Source: Ptychomitrium polyphyllum
Taxonomy: Eukaryota
NCBI GenBank assembly: GCA_973851085.1
Contig: OZ316776.1
Coordinates: 1,984,001 to 2,048,000, forward strand
Length of the DNA: 64,000 nt
Direction: 5' to 3'
Positions 1 through 11,688 of this stretch are shown here, in pieces. A program made the translations under genes and the position numbers. The notes under the pieces are model-generated. The model did not search any database and was not told where the DNA came from. It saw only the letters and a program-made list of their open reading frames with translations. Each line of letters opens with the position of its first letter. The first letter of the stretch is position 1.

Positions 1-3000
1 AGGTTGTACTCGACGTTGGAATGTCCTTCCCATATCTTGACTTAGATCCTCCGTTACCGAGGGCTGAGAAAGTTGAGTTGGCTCAACAGATGCTGTTGTT
101 GATGAAGGCATGGCCGACTGCTCTTCACGCATATCCATGATAACACAAAGATTTGACATACTGGATAGGATCTGGAAATGATCTATCTTGGAAATAATGC
201 TGTATACAATTAGAGGTTTGGATATCTCTCCTCCCTTCTTATACTTCTCTATGAAGGAAAAACTTCTTTGTGGAGCTAACGGCTGCTGATGACACATCAT
301 CACTGACCTGGTTTCTGAGGATATCTTTGATGAAATTTGCGTACCTTCTCGGATGCATTTGTTACATTTGTTGAAGGTTCTCATGTTTGGTCATTGATGC
401 CATATCCTTGCCAATGTATAAGGTACTCCACATGTACGTTCTTGATGCGTGAATCTAAGATCTCTTCCATTTCATATTCAATTTCATTATTGATTTCCAA
501 CAAAGGAGGCGAAGGGACAATTCTCTCTGATATACATGATTTGTTATAGGTTTCCAACAACCATACGTGGAATACTGGATGAATTTGCATGCTCGGTGGT
601 AGCTTTAGGCAATAACTAACCGGATTTATTTATTTGCTAATTTCAAACGGTCCTAGCCTTTGATAGTCCAACTTCTTTGATGGTCTTTTTGTCTGTATAT
701 TTCGTCGTAGGAGCCATACGCTATCTCCAACCTTGAATTTTGGATGGTCCTTTCGATGGCGATCTGCATAAATTTTGTAACGATCTTCAGCTTGTTGTAA
801 CTGGAAAGTAATTTCTTGATGGATTTTAGCAAGTTGAATTGCAAAATCCTCTGCTGCGGGACTTCCAACATGCTTCACTTGAAATGGATCTGTTCGAGGA
901 TGATGGCCATAGTTTGCAAAGAATGGACTTTGAGTTGTTGAAGAATGCACCGTATTATTGTAAGCAAATTCTGCCAAAGGCAAGAGGTCCATCTAGTTGT
1001 CTTGTTGGTAGTTTATGCTACAACAAAGGTACTATTCCAAAATTTGATTTACACGTTCGGTTTGGCCATCAATTTGCGGATGGTGTGCTGAAGAAAAATT
1101 GATCTTTACACGCAACAGCTGGAATAGAGCCCTCCAAAAGTTGGAAATGAACTGCGGCCCTCGATCGGATACAATATCATCTGGTAGTCCACGTATGCGG
1201 TAGACGTGATTTAAGAACAACTTGGCAGTTTCTTCTCCCGTTATCGTCTTGTTGCATGGAATGAAATGTGCCATTTTGGTAAATCGATCTACCACTACCA
1301 AAATAGAATCCTTAGATTTGGAATTTGGAAGGTCCGTGATAAAATCCATTGATAAAGACAACCATGGGCCCTTTGGCACTAGAAGCGGATGGAGGAGACC
1401 ATGAGGTTGGTGTCTTGGTACCTTGGCTCTTGCACAAGTGTCGCATGATTGAACAAAGTCCTTTACGTACTTCCACATTTGTAGCCACCAATAGTCTCTA
1501 GCAATCAACTCCATTGTTTTATTGAATCCAAAATGTCATGCTGTTGGAAAATCATGACGTGCTTGAAGGATCTTCAACCGCAAAGAGCCTGGAGGTAGGT
1601 ACAAAAGTTCTTTATAATAAAGTACGTATTTTTGGAATTCAAAATCCTCATCGCTATTTGAAGGATTTCCATTGTCTTTGAGGCGCTTTTATATATTTGG
1701 AAAAAAGACGTCATTCTTTAAAGCCTTCCGAATTTTATCAAAATGGAATGTTGTCGTAATAATGGCTGCTTTCAATTGAAGATTCTCAGGCTTCAATAAA
1801 ATAGTCTTTTGTTGATTCAAAACATCATCTCCAAATTGAGGAGCTAAATAAGATCTTTGAGATAAGGCATCTGGCTTACCTTACAACCTACCAGATCGAT
1901 AGGTAATGACAAAGTCAAATTTGGAAACGACATACTCCACCTTGCTTGACAGCGATTCAAAATACGAGCGCTCATGAAATACTCCAAGTTTTTGTGGTCT
2001 GTATATATCGTGATGGTATGTTGAGCTCCTTCCAAAAAGTGTCGCCATTCTTCAAACGCATCCACAATTGCAAGTAGTTCTTTATCATGTATATTATAGT
2101 TGATCTCTGCCGCTGTGAACTTCCTTGAACAAAGGGCAAGAGGGTGAAGTCTCTCGTCTTCATCATATTATGAGAGTACTGAGCCAAGCGCAAAATCTGA
2201 GGCATCCGCTTCCAAATGAAAAGGCTTTGATGGATTTGGATGAATAAGAATTGGAACTGACGTGAATGACTTCTTAAGACTTTGAAATGCTTTTTCTGCT
2301 TCTTCATCTCAAATGAATTTTTGCTTCCCCGTAAGACGTGTCAATGGTGCCGCAATCTTGGAATAATTCTTGATGAATATTCTGTAGAAATTTGCAAATC
2401 CCAAGAAGCATTGAACATCTCGAATTGATCTTGGCGTACTCCACTTCGTGACAGTGCTTATTTTTTTCTTATCCATATGGATTCCTCCTTTGGAATTGAT
2501 GTAGTCTAAAAATTCAACCGATGATTCATAGAAAAGGCACTTCTCCAATTTGGCATATAATCCTCGCTGGCGTAGTTTTTCTAAGACCAATCGCACATGA
2601 CATTCGTGATCTTGTTCATCTTTTGAATATATCAAAATGTCATTTAAATAGATGACTATAAAATCATCCAGATGTTCATGGAAGATATCATTCATCATAT
2701 GTTGAAAGATTACGGGAGCATTAGTAAGGCCAAAAGGCATGACATTGTATTCAAAATGACCATACCTAGATTGAAAAGCTGTCTTCCATTTGTCTCCTGT
2801 TTTGATGCGTACAAGATTGTAGGCTCTTCTAAGATCAATTTTGGTGAATATCTTTGCTTGGCCAAGTTATTGTAGGAGTCCTAAGATTAATGGTAATGGA
2901 TAGCAATTTTTTTTTGTTACTTTATTGAGGCCTCAATAATCCTTGCACATACGTAATAATCCATCTTTCTTCTTTACAAATAGAATGGGTGCTCCAGCAG

Positions 3001-5039
3001 GTGATTTAGAGTGTTGAATGAAACCCTTTCCAAGGTTTTCATCAATATATTCTCTCAAGGCAGCCAACTCAGTTTGCAATAAGTTATAAATAGGTCCAAA
3101 AGGTGGTTGGGCTCCTTCTTGCAACTCAATGGTACAATTGTAAGGTTGGTGCTTTGGTAACATGTCCGCATTCTTCTTCTCAAAAACGTCTTTACAATGC
3201 TGATATTGACGAGGTATGTTTTGATTAGTCTCTATTATAGAGCTAGACATTGGTGTGGCATAAATGGCATAGATTGGTTCATCCTTCGCCGCTTTCATAA
3301 ATACCTTAGTTCCAATAACTGATGGTCCAAAATTTCTCGTACCTTGGCGTCTTTTCCTTGAGACCACACTCCGTGAGCGCCAGTCAATGTCTGGATTATG
3401 TAATTCATAACCAAGGAAGGCCCAAAACAATAGGATTTGTTCGGCATTGAATGATGTTGAAGACAATTTTAGATGTCTGGTTTCCTAAAACAACCTCCAA
3501 GGGTTGAGTTTCTTCAATAACGTTGCCAGACGCAAGAGATCGTCCATCAATAACTTGAATAGGTGCGGGATATTTTTTCTTCACAAGCACCATGTGATGT
3601 TTGGTTGCAAAATCCTTATCCATAAAACATACCGTTGCACCAGTGTCTAAAAGAGCCTTACTAATTATTTCATCTTATAACAATTTAATTTTGGTAGGAA
3701 ATGTAAAACAAGAGGTAGGGTTTGAAGGTAGCAAGAGACCTTGATTTGATGGTCGTTTCCTTGTGATGTCCAGTCGCATGGTTCCTACTGTGACTGGACA
3801 GCCTCATTTTATAACTCCACCGTTGTACTCTGAGCCTTAAAGGCAGATCCTTGATTTGGCATTCACGCACTTTATGTGCAGACTTGCCACAATACAAACA
3901 TAGGTTTTTTCTTCGACGCCTTTCTTTTTCTTTTGGAGTCAAACATCTGAACTGGGCAGCATCAATTTGCATAGGTTCTGGTCTTTGTGGTCGATTATCT
4001 AATATTCTTGAAGAAGTGGTAGCCATGCTTTGATGTACTGGTCGCCATCCCAAGCGTTGTTTTTGGCGCCTCTCAAATAGTCTATTGTCACATGCTATTG
4101 CTTGACTGATGAATTCGTCCAATGTTTCAACTCTTGGCATTGTGAGTAGTAAGTCCTTTACATTCTCTCTTAAGCCCCAACGGAATCGTGTGACCAAGGC
4201 TTTATCATTCCAATCAAGGTCGCAAGCTAATTGTCAAAACTCTACAGCATATGTAGCAGTTGAGTGCTGTCTTTGTTGGAGACTCTGGATCCTTATCTCA
4301 GCCACCCTCTCTTGGTCGGTGTCTCCAAAAGTAGATGTCAATGCTTCTATAAAACCATCTAAGTTGTTCAATAATGGTGACTGCTTCTCTATTAGTGGTG
4401 CAAACCACGATAATGCATTGTTTGATAAAAGAGTGGCCACAAATCCCACTTGAGTTGTACCATCAGGATAGTGAAATTGATGCAAACTAAGAAAAAGTCT
4501 TAGTTGTTGAACAAAGCCTCTCAATTTTGATCTTGCTCCATCGTACTTGTCTGACATGCTAATCTTTGGCTCTGCATGGGTTTGGCGTAAGGCTTCACTT
4601 CCAATATTGACCTCTCGCAATCAAACAACCTCTTGATATAGACTTTGAATATCACCATTGAATTCTTCAGCTTGCTGAGTATGGTTCTCCAAATTGTTGG
4701 TGGTATTAAAACTGGCGAGTTCTGTTCAAACTGTATTTAATAACTCTTGGAGGTCTGCAATAGTTGCAAACCTATTCTCTGATGTTCCAGGCACGTTATC
4801 CATTTCTTAAGACTCTCAAAGACAAAAAGACTATAAGTACCTTCAAAGGAGGAAAATCCACGACCTATGAAAGAAGTAATACTTGGTTCTAGAAGGATAA
4901 ATCAACTATATGGTGCCAGTGTAGAGGAGGTTAATCCACAACCTCTAAGACGCTATGGAATCCTCAAGAAGATGGGTAATCCACAATCTTCTTCAAAGAA
5001 CCTTAACTTTGACAAAAATGAAAAGTAGTTTTGCCAAAC

Positions 5040-5653
5040 TGTTAGGGACACAAGAAACAAGAAACAGAAACAAAGCATATTCCAAGAATTAGCTTCCAAA
5101 GAGCTTATGATTAACAAGAACTTGATACAAAGAGTAGAACAAGGAAGGATTCAAGATGATCCACAACTTGTGTTGGCAAGACTAAGGAATACCTTGTCTT
5201 GCTTCCTATTTATACTATAACGTTTGTATCTCCTAGAATACTTCTAAAGAATCTTCCTACAAGGCTTAAGAATGTTCTGGAAGTCTAGAGAATCTTCCTA
5301 AGAAGTTTCCTAAGATGTTGGAACCTTCCTAAGAAGCTTCCAAGGAATTGGAACCTACCTTGCAAGTTTCCTAAGGTAGTGGAATCTTCTTATTAAGTTT
5401 CCTAAGATGATGGAGCCTTCCTAGGAAGTTTCCTAAGATTATGGAACATTTCTAGGAATTTTCTTAGGGAGTAACTTAAGATGATAGAACCTTCCTAGGA
5501 AGTTTCTTAAGGTGGAGGAAGTTTCCAAGGAAGCTTCGTAAGAACTTGGAAAGACTATGGAGACATCTAAAAATATTCTAAGAAATTATTATAGTATATC
5601 AAAAGCTTCTAGAATGTTCTAAGGACTATGTTGCATGATCTATGTCCATGACA
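5040..5653 (-). repeat. 5' LTR (614 bp) of the chromovirus
   Basis: TGT...ACA termini just upstream of gag; TATAAATA on the minus strand at 5214-5207; internal subrepeats; ends exactly where a truncated copy of another LTR begins. Confidence 0.8.
5270..5550. repeat. Degenerate ~33-bp tandem subrepeats (GGAACCTTCCTAGGAAGTTTCCTAAGATGAT-like) within the LTR
   Basis: About 8 imperfect copies visible directly. Confidence 0.75.
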
Positions 5654-6470
5654 GGACTCCCCAAGAGCCTCGAACCTTGGAAGAAACATATCTTTCAAAA
5701 TACTAGTTTAAATTGGACATTTGAGGAATCTAGCGGCATCTACGCAAAAAGTAAGTGATGATAGAATGGTCACTTGATAGATTCGGAAACTAAATGTGGA
5801 AGATATGGCTCCCTATAGGTCTGTAGGAAATTCCAGAGGCTTTCCGCTGCTAAGTCCCAAGGGGAATTGGATGGTCTTTTAAAGTTTTGAGTATGTCAGG
5901 TTTTAGCCAGCTACGGTGGGCCAGGGGGCCTGCCAAATCCCACAGAGAGTACTATAGAGGAGGGCTGGTTCTCTTTTCCACTCCTATAATGTCTCGGTAG
6001 GAACTAAGGATAAATTCCGGTGGCTGGAGCTAATATTGGAGCTTCACAATAGGGACTCCCACACCATCATGAGCCAGTGGGTGGTCGGTTTCACAAAAAG
6101 AACTAGTGAGTTTTGAAAGGTACGCAAGTTATGACTATATTGGGGTGGTATCTTCACGTCGACACCATGGTAGTCTAGGTTGATCTTGGGATCGCACAAA
6201 GATCATGAGTAGTGATGAGGTGACACCACTAAGTGTTGTTAGGCCGTGTGGAATGGGACTAATATCAAGTGAGGCCTTGAACATGAATAGAAGTCCTCAT
6301 CTAACTAGTGGCTACCAACCAATTGAGTGTCTTAAAATAAATGAGTAAAAAGAAATGGAAACCAAGCCTGGAACTTGGAGAGTAACAATAGGAGTTAACT
6401 ATGTGCATATAGGGGTATACAGGGTTGGCATGCGTGACGTTTGTTAAGATGCATTATAAGAGTTGCGACA
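5654..6470. mobile_element. Truncated LTR of the same family as the solo LTR at 6490-7634, interrupted by the chromovirus
   Basis: Collinear with 6839-7634, with differences mostly G>A and C>T; same GTTGCGACA terminus. Confidence 0.85.
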
Positions 6471-6489
6471 AAAAGTGTGGCAGCCTCTT

Positions 6490-7634
6490 TGTCGTGCACC
6501 TCTCTTTCAAGAGTGCCCGAAACACTAAGGGCACAAGGAGGACCCCAAAGTGACGTCCGGAACTTGTGGCGCCAATTGTAAGGGAAATCCAGTGGGCCAA
6601 GCGTGGGAAGGACTCCTAGAAAGAGAAACATCCTTGCCCATATAGACCAAGAGCCACGAGGGATAAATCGTACGCATTGGAGGAATTATGAAGAGTTGAT
6701 TCTAGAATGTTAAAGATTGCTCAAATCGGACAAGGGAGCTAAAAGTTATGGCATCCCAAAGTTGGGGCTGCCACGGGGCTGTTCTGGACTGTGGCAGCCC
6801 AATACAGTGACAGTACTGGAGTGGGACAGTTCAGGGAGGGACTTCCCGGGAGTCCCGAACCTTGGGAGAGGCGTATCTTCCATAATACTAACTCAAATTG
6901 GACGTTTGAAGAGTCTATCAGTATCTACGCAAAGATTAAATGACAATAGAGTGGTTGCTTGATACATTCGGGCACTGAACAAGGAAGATATGGCTCCCTG
7001 AAGGTCCGTAGGGAGTTTCGGAGGCTTCCGGCGGCTAAGTCCCAAGGGAGATCGGGTGGTCTTCCAAAACTTTGGATGTGTTGGGATTCAGCCAGCTACA
7101 GAGGGCTAGGGGGCCTGCCGAATTCCACAGAGAGTACTATAGGGGAGGGCTAGTCCTCCTTCCTACTTTCCTAATGTCCCGGTAGGAAGCAAGGGTGAGT
7201 CCCGGTTAGTGGAGCTAGTGTTGGGGCTTCACCACGGAGACTCCCACACCATTGTGAGCCGGTAGACAATCGATTTCACAAAGGGAATTAGTACGATCAA
7301 GAAGGCACGCTTATTATCACTAAGTTGGGGTGATGTCTTCACGTCAGCACCATGATAGGCCGGGGTGATCTTAGAATCACATGGGAATCATGAGTGGTGG
7401 TGAGGAGACACCACTAAGTGCGGTTAGGCCGTGTAGAATGGGAGTAACACCAAGTGAGGCCTTGGACATGAATGGAAGTCTGCACCTAACCATTGGCTAC
7501 CAATCAATTGGGTGTCCTAAGAGAAATGATAGAGGGACTTAGAGAGTGAGAATGGAGGTTAACCATGTGCATGTGGGGGTGTACAGGGTTGACGCACGTG
7601 ACGTTTGTTAAGGTGCATTACAAGGGTTGCGACA
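6490..7634. mobile_element. Solo LTR (1145 bp) with 5-bp target-site duplication CTCTT
   Basis: TGTCG...CGACA inverted termini; CTCTT at 6485-6489 and 7635-7639; removing it restores an integrase frame (TIIDEEAATLF). Confidence 0.9.
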
Positions 7635-8462
7635 CTCTTCATCTATAATTGTCTTCTTGCAATGTACAAAGTATGCCATCTTGGTCAACTAGTCTACTAC
7701 AACAAAGATGATATCAAAAGAAATTGACGGTGGAAGATCTGTAATGAAATTCATTGAAATAGATAACCACGGTTGCTTTAAAATAGGCAGTGGTTGGAGA
7801 AGTCCATATGGATGGTGTTGAAGATTCTTTGATTGAGAGCAAATATCACATGAGAGTATAAATTCCTTAACGGCTTACCACATTTGAAGCTACTAAAAGT
7901 CAAGAGAGAGAAATTCCTAGATTTTATTGAATCTAAAATGTCTAGCCGTAGAACAATTATAATGTGTTTGAAGTACATAAAGGTGAACTGGTCTTTTAAA
8001 AATATATAAATGTTTTTCAAAGTAGAGAAGGTTTTTTTCTAATTTTAACTTAGAGACATCTTGAGGGAGGTTGTTGGAATGATACTTCATATCAAAAATA
8101 AGAGGGTCTTTGGTAGATGCCATATAAACCTGGTTAAGGAACAATAAATCCACCAAAGTTGATATGGTGGTTGTGCGTATACAAAATCGTTTGGGTTTCA
8201 ACAAAGTTGCTTGTTGTTAATCATGTACTGCTTCTTCCTCCTTTGGTGCAAAATATAATTGCCTTGACAAAGCAACTGACAACCCTTGTTGTTTTCCAAA
8301 TGATGTTTTTGTGTGATGCAAAAATCAAATTGAAATAAATACATATTCCAAAGAGCTTGGCAGCGATTCAAAATACAAGCTGACATTAAATATTGCAAGT
8401 TCTTGTAATTTGTATATACAATAATTGGATGCACAGCACCCTTAAGCAAATAACGTCATTCC
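7635..8462 (-). mobile_element. Old Ty3/gypsy pol relic (RNase H to integrase), host of the two LTR insertions; continues at 6471-6489
   Basis: Degenerate YTNYKNLQYLMS..LNRCQALW and WLSISMNFITDLP..VVVD*LTKMAYFVHCKKTI motifs. Confidence 0.85.
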
Positions 8463-9575
8463 AATGATAAAGAATTAATTGTGAATTTAGCTAATTAAGA
8501 ACAAAATAATAGCCAAGTCTATATTATCCACAAATGAAAATATATACTTGAATATTTTCAAGAAATATTTTCATAAATTTTTTTGAAATAAATATGAATT
8601 AGAAAATATGTTCTAATTTTTTAATTTTTTTAATTTTTTTAATTTTTTTTCATATAAGTGAAACTCAATTTTTTTTTTTATTAATGAAGCTCAATTGAAA
8701 ATATTATCATTTTGATTTCTTAAATTATATTTTTCAGTAAAAAATCAATAAAACCAGAAAAACACAATCTGATCATCTTCTTTTACTGCTATGTTTATAC
8801 TGTAAAACTCTTTTTAAATCATACCAATAGAATGAATCGGCTTAATTTAACTTGCAGTATTAGCAAGAACACCAAAGTTCCCTCCCACAAAGTATTGGTT
8901 GAAAATTGACTACTTCGTCTAGGAGATTTGAACATGCAAAGTCATACAAAAGTTTAGAATGGACTGTGGTATTGTTTCAGAGATAAATGTACATTTTTAG
9001 GACAAATACTCTAAACAAACTAATCTTCTAGGGCACTTCAAATTGATGCCATCTTTTGCACAGGGATGAAGTGTCTGCATTAACAGATCATCACAGAAAA
9101 TCAGATACCCTATTCTCACAAAGAATACAGAACCAATCCTCACAAGTCTCATCATCTTTGATACCCTTCCCATCATCTTTGATGCCCTTCCCTTCATCTT
9201 CATGAAACATTCTTCAACTTCATACTTGCACATGTTCATGTATGGAGATTCCTGTCATAAATGAAGGAGTTCTGTATGGTATGTTTTGAATTACTTCACA
9301 CATGAGGTATTGTCATCATCCCTGTCAGCATTGAGCAACAACTTCCTTTTACCAACCAGCATAACTTCCCCTTTTCCAGCCTCACTTACTTCCTTAGAAG
9401 TGAGAGACAGAAGTGTCTTCTGTGCATTTAGGATGGTAACAAACTTGATTAGTAGAACATGCAACTTTGGATGTTTTATGGAGTCATTGTGTGCAAACAA
9501 AACCAAGTAAGTTTCATAGATCACTGTTATTCTTAGGACCCCTTTTATTGTCACCTGTAAGAAAAGATGCTTTTA

Positions 9576-11688
9576 AATGTCTAAGGATTTTCAACAATAA
9601 AATTTGTCAAAATTAAGAATTTCCCCCTAAGGTTTTACACCTTGTTTTGTTACCCATAAAAAAAGTAATTGAAATTGGATGAGAAAATGAGTTAGGCACC
9701 TATTTAGCAACAATTATTGAAAGAGATTTTTTTCAATTGGATGTTTAATAGTACTCTTAAAATAGTAATTTAAGAACTTATGTACAAGAGAAGCCTTTGT
9801 TCACCAAAGATATTATTTTGATGTCTTTCCATCTTTTGTGGTGTTATGTTCTTATAGAAAATGCATATATCCTAGACTAATTTTTTTGCTTCTCCCATTT
9901 TATACATAAAAATGTGAAAAAGGCCTTAACATTTGGATGTGGATAAATCTAACAACAAAGAATATTTTTAACAACAGGTGAATTATCATTAGAAATACAC
10001 TTGGAGCCACTTTACACCTTTCCTGTACATACTACAAGAAGCAAAATATTTTAGCTTAAACTACATCTATATTAAACAAACTCATTCTATAGATGAATAT
10101 GGAAAGATGTTAAGTAAGATGTAAATTTGTTTTTTTCCATAGACCAGCTTTTGGTTTGCCATCCCAAAACCACATTCAAAATAGCCAACAAAAAAAGAAA
10201 TTATTGCAATAATTATTGTTGTGTGGGTGGTTGATTTCAAATTTCTTTTATTATGAGGAACATGACAAGTTGTAAAATTTTAAGGGAAGAATTAAAAAAA
10301 TTGATCGATCATACTATTAAAATAATTTAATACGACAAAAATCACTTGTATGGTAGGCAATTGGAAATAGTGTAAAGATGGCCTTCATATTGGATGCCAA
10401 CAAGCAAGAACATTTACAACAATTAAATTTTTAATTAGAGGTCATGCAAATTTTACAAATTTAGTGGAATTATAAAAGATTCATTTAAATGTTGATTGAT
10501 TACCGAAATTAAATTGTAGCAAAGTGATAGAGACTTATAAATATTTGTAAAACAAGCAATTAAAAATCATTCTAAAATCTAATAATAATATTCTGAAAAT
10601 ATTGTAAAACTTCAAATCCTATTTTATTTTCAATAAAAATAAGTATTATTACAATTCATTACTATTTTAAAAAGTATTTGATGAATTTATGTTGTAATAA
10701 AATATGAAATATGAAATACAAATTTCTTAATGAAAATTTGTATATCCTTCTAAATTTGTACTTCTTCATCATTTATAAATCACTAAAGATTTAGCACATT
10801 TGTAAACTTGACCCTAAATCCATGCATTCATGATTCCTTTTGGACATTGTTATATAGAACCATATACAAATGTAAGGCTTTATAAGTTTGTTGGTTTGGT
10901 TGGTTTTACTTGTGAAGATTATATTACATAATTAGATTTTTTGTTGCATAGATCAAAGCGTGTTACTATTGATTATTAACCAAATCCATTCAAGATTCAC
11001 TAGACTTGAGGTCCACATGTTATGTCAACTTGGGACATATCCATGCCATTACTACTACTCTCCTTACAATCTCTAAAACCCTAAAAGCATTTCCAAAATT
11101 CAAAACTCTTATTCACATTCATTTTCATCATATCCTTGAAATAATTGTATAAATTAAAAACTTGTTATGCTTCACTTTCCTATACACATGTTCAAAATCA
11201 CTAAGCTTTTGAAATTCCAATCTAGTCAAAATAACAAGTGAATACCTATTTCAAAGATATAAAAGATGTCATCCAACTTAAAATATAATCACTCAAGTAC
11301 ATCCACTCATACACATAAATAAGCGACAAATAATAGAAGCCAAAACATCTTCCTTAACAAAACCATAAAACATACACAAATTAAAAAGAAGAAAAGAACA
11401 AGCAAAATAAAAATAAAAATAATCAAAGTCTTTTCTTGTGGATAAGCCCTTAAGTTACCATGCCAAGAGCACTTCCAAAAACAATTATCAAAAAAAGAAT
11501 CATTTGTAATAATTATTCACACATAAGTGGCCACTTTCATTTTTCATCCACTTTCATCCACTTTCATCTACTTTCATCCATTTCTATTGCTTTTCTTATT
11601 GGTGATGAAATAAGGTGTAAAACCTTAAGAAATAACTTGAAAGTTTTGACTAATCATATTGATCATATTGTTAAAATCCTAAATATGG
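9576..11688. mobile_element. Putative non-autonomous DNA transposon with degenerate ~110-bp terminal inverted repeats
   Basis: 9576-9690 (..AAGGTTTTACACCTTGTTTTGTTACCCATAA..TGGATGA) is the imperfect reverse complement of 11570-11688 (TCATCCA..TTATTGGTGATGAAATAAGGTGTAAAACCTT..); AT-rich non-coding interior; no TSD recognised. Confidence 0.5.
11532..11584. repeat. 10-bp tandem repeat (CTTTCATCCA), 4-5 copies
   Basis: Seen directly. Confidence 0.7.

Larger units (their letters stand above)
303..5653 (-). mobile_element. Decayed Ty3/gypsy chromovirus LTR retrotransposon (Tcn1-like): 5' LTR, gag, protease, RT, RNase H, integrase, chromodomain
   Basis: Minus-strand ORF fragments in gypsy order: gag (4234-4620, 3685-4197 with CLYCGKSAHKVREC zinc knuckle), protease (LLDTGAT near 3630-3655), RT (MPFGLTNAP, IYLNDILIYS; 2309-3466), RNase H ([10 protein letters not shown]), integrase (SMDFITDLP, IVSDRGPQF, QTERVNQ, GPF motif; 630-1514) and chromodomain (EEILDSR..YLIHWQGY; 381-590). 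Many stops and frameshifts. Confidence 0.95.

Noticed and set aside
5270..5550. CRISPR-like spaced palindromic repeats
   Set aside because: Degenerate tandem LTR subrepeats with no unique spacers and no cas genes, in a eukaryotic context.
5654..7634. TRIM or two-LTR mini-element
   Set aside because: The spacer is host integrase sequence and the right LTR has its own TSD.
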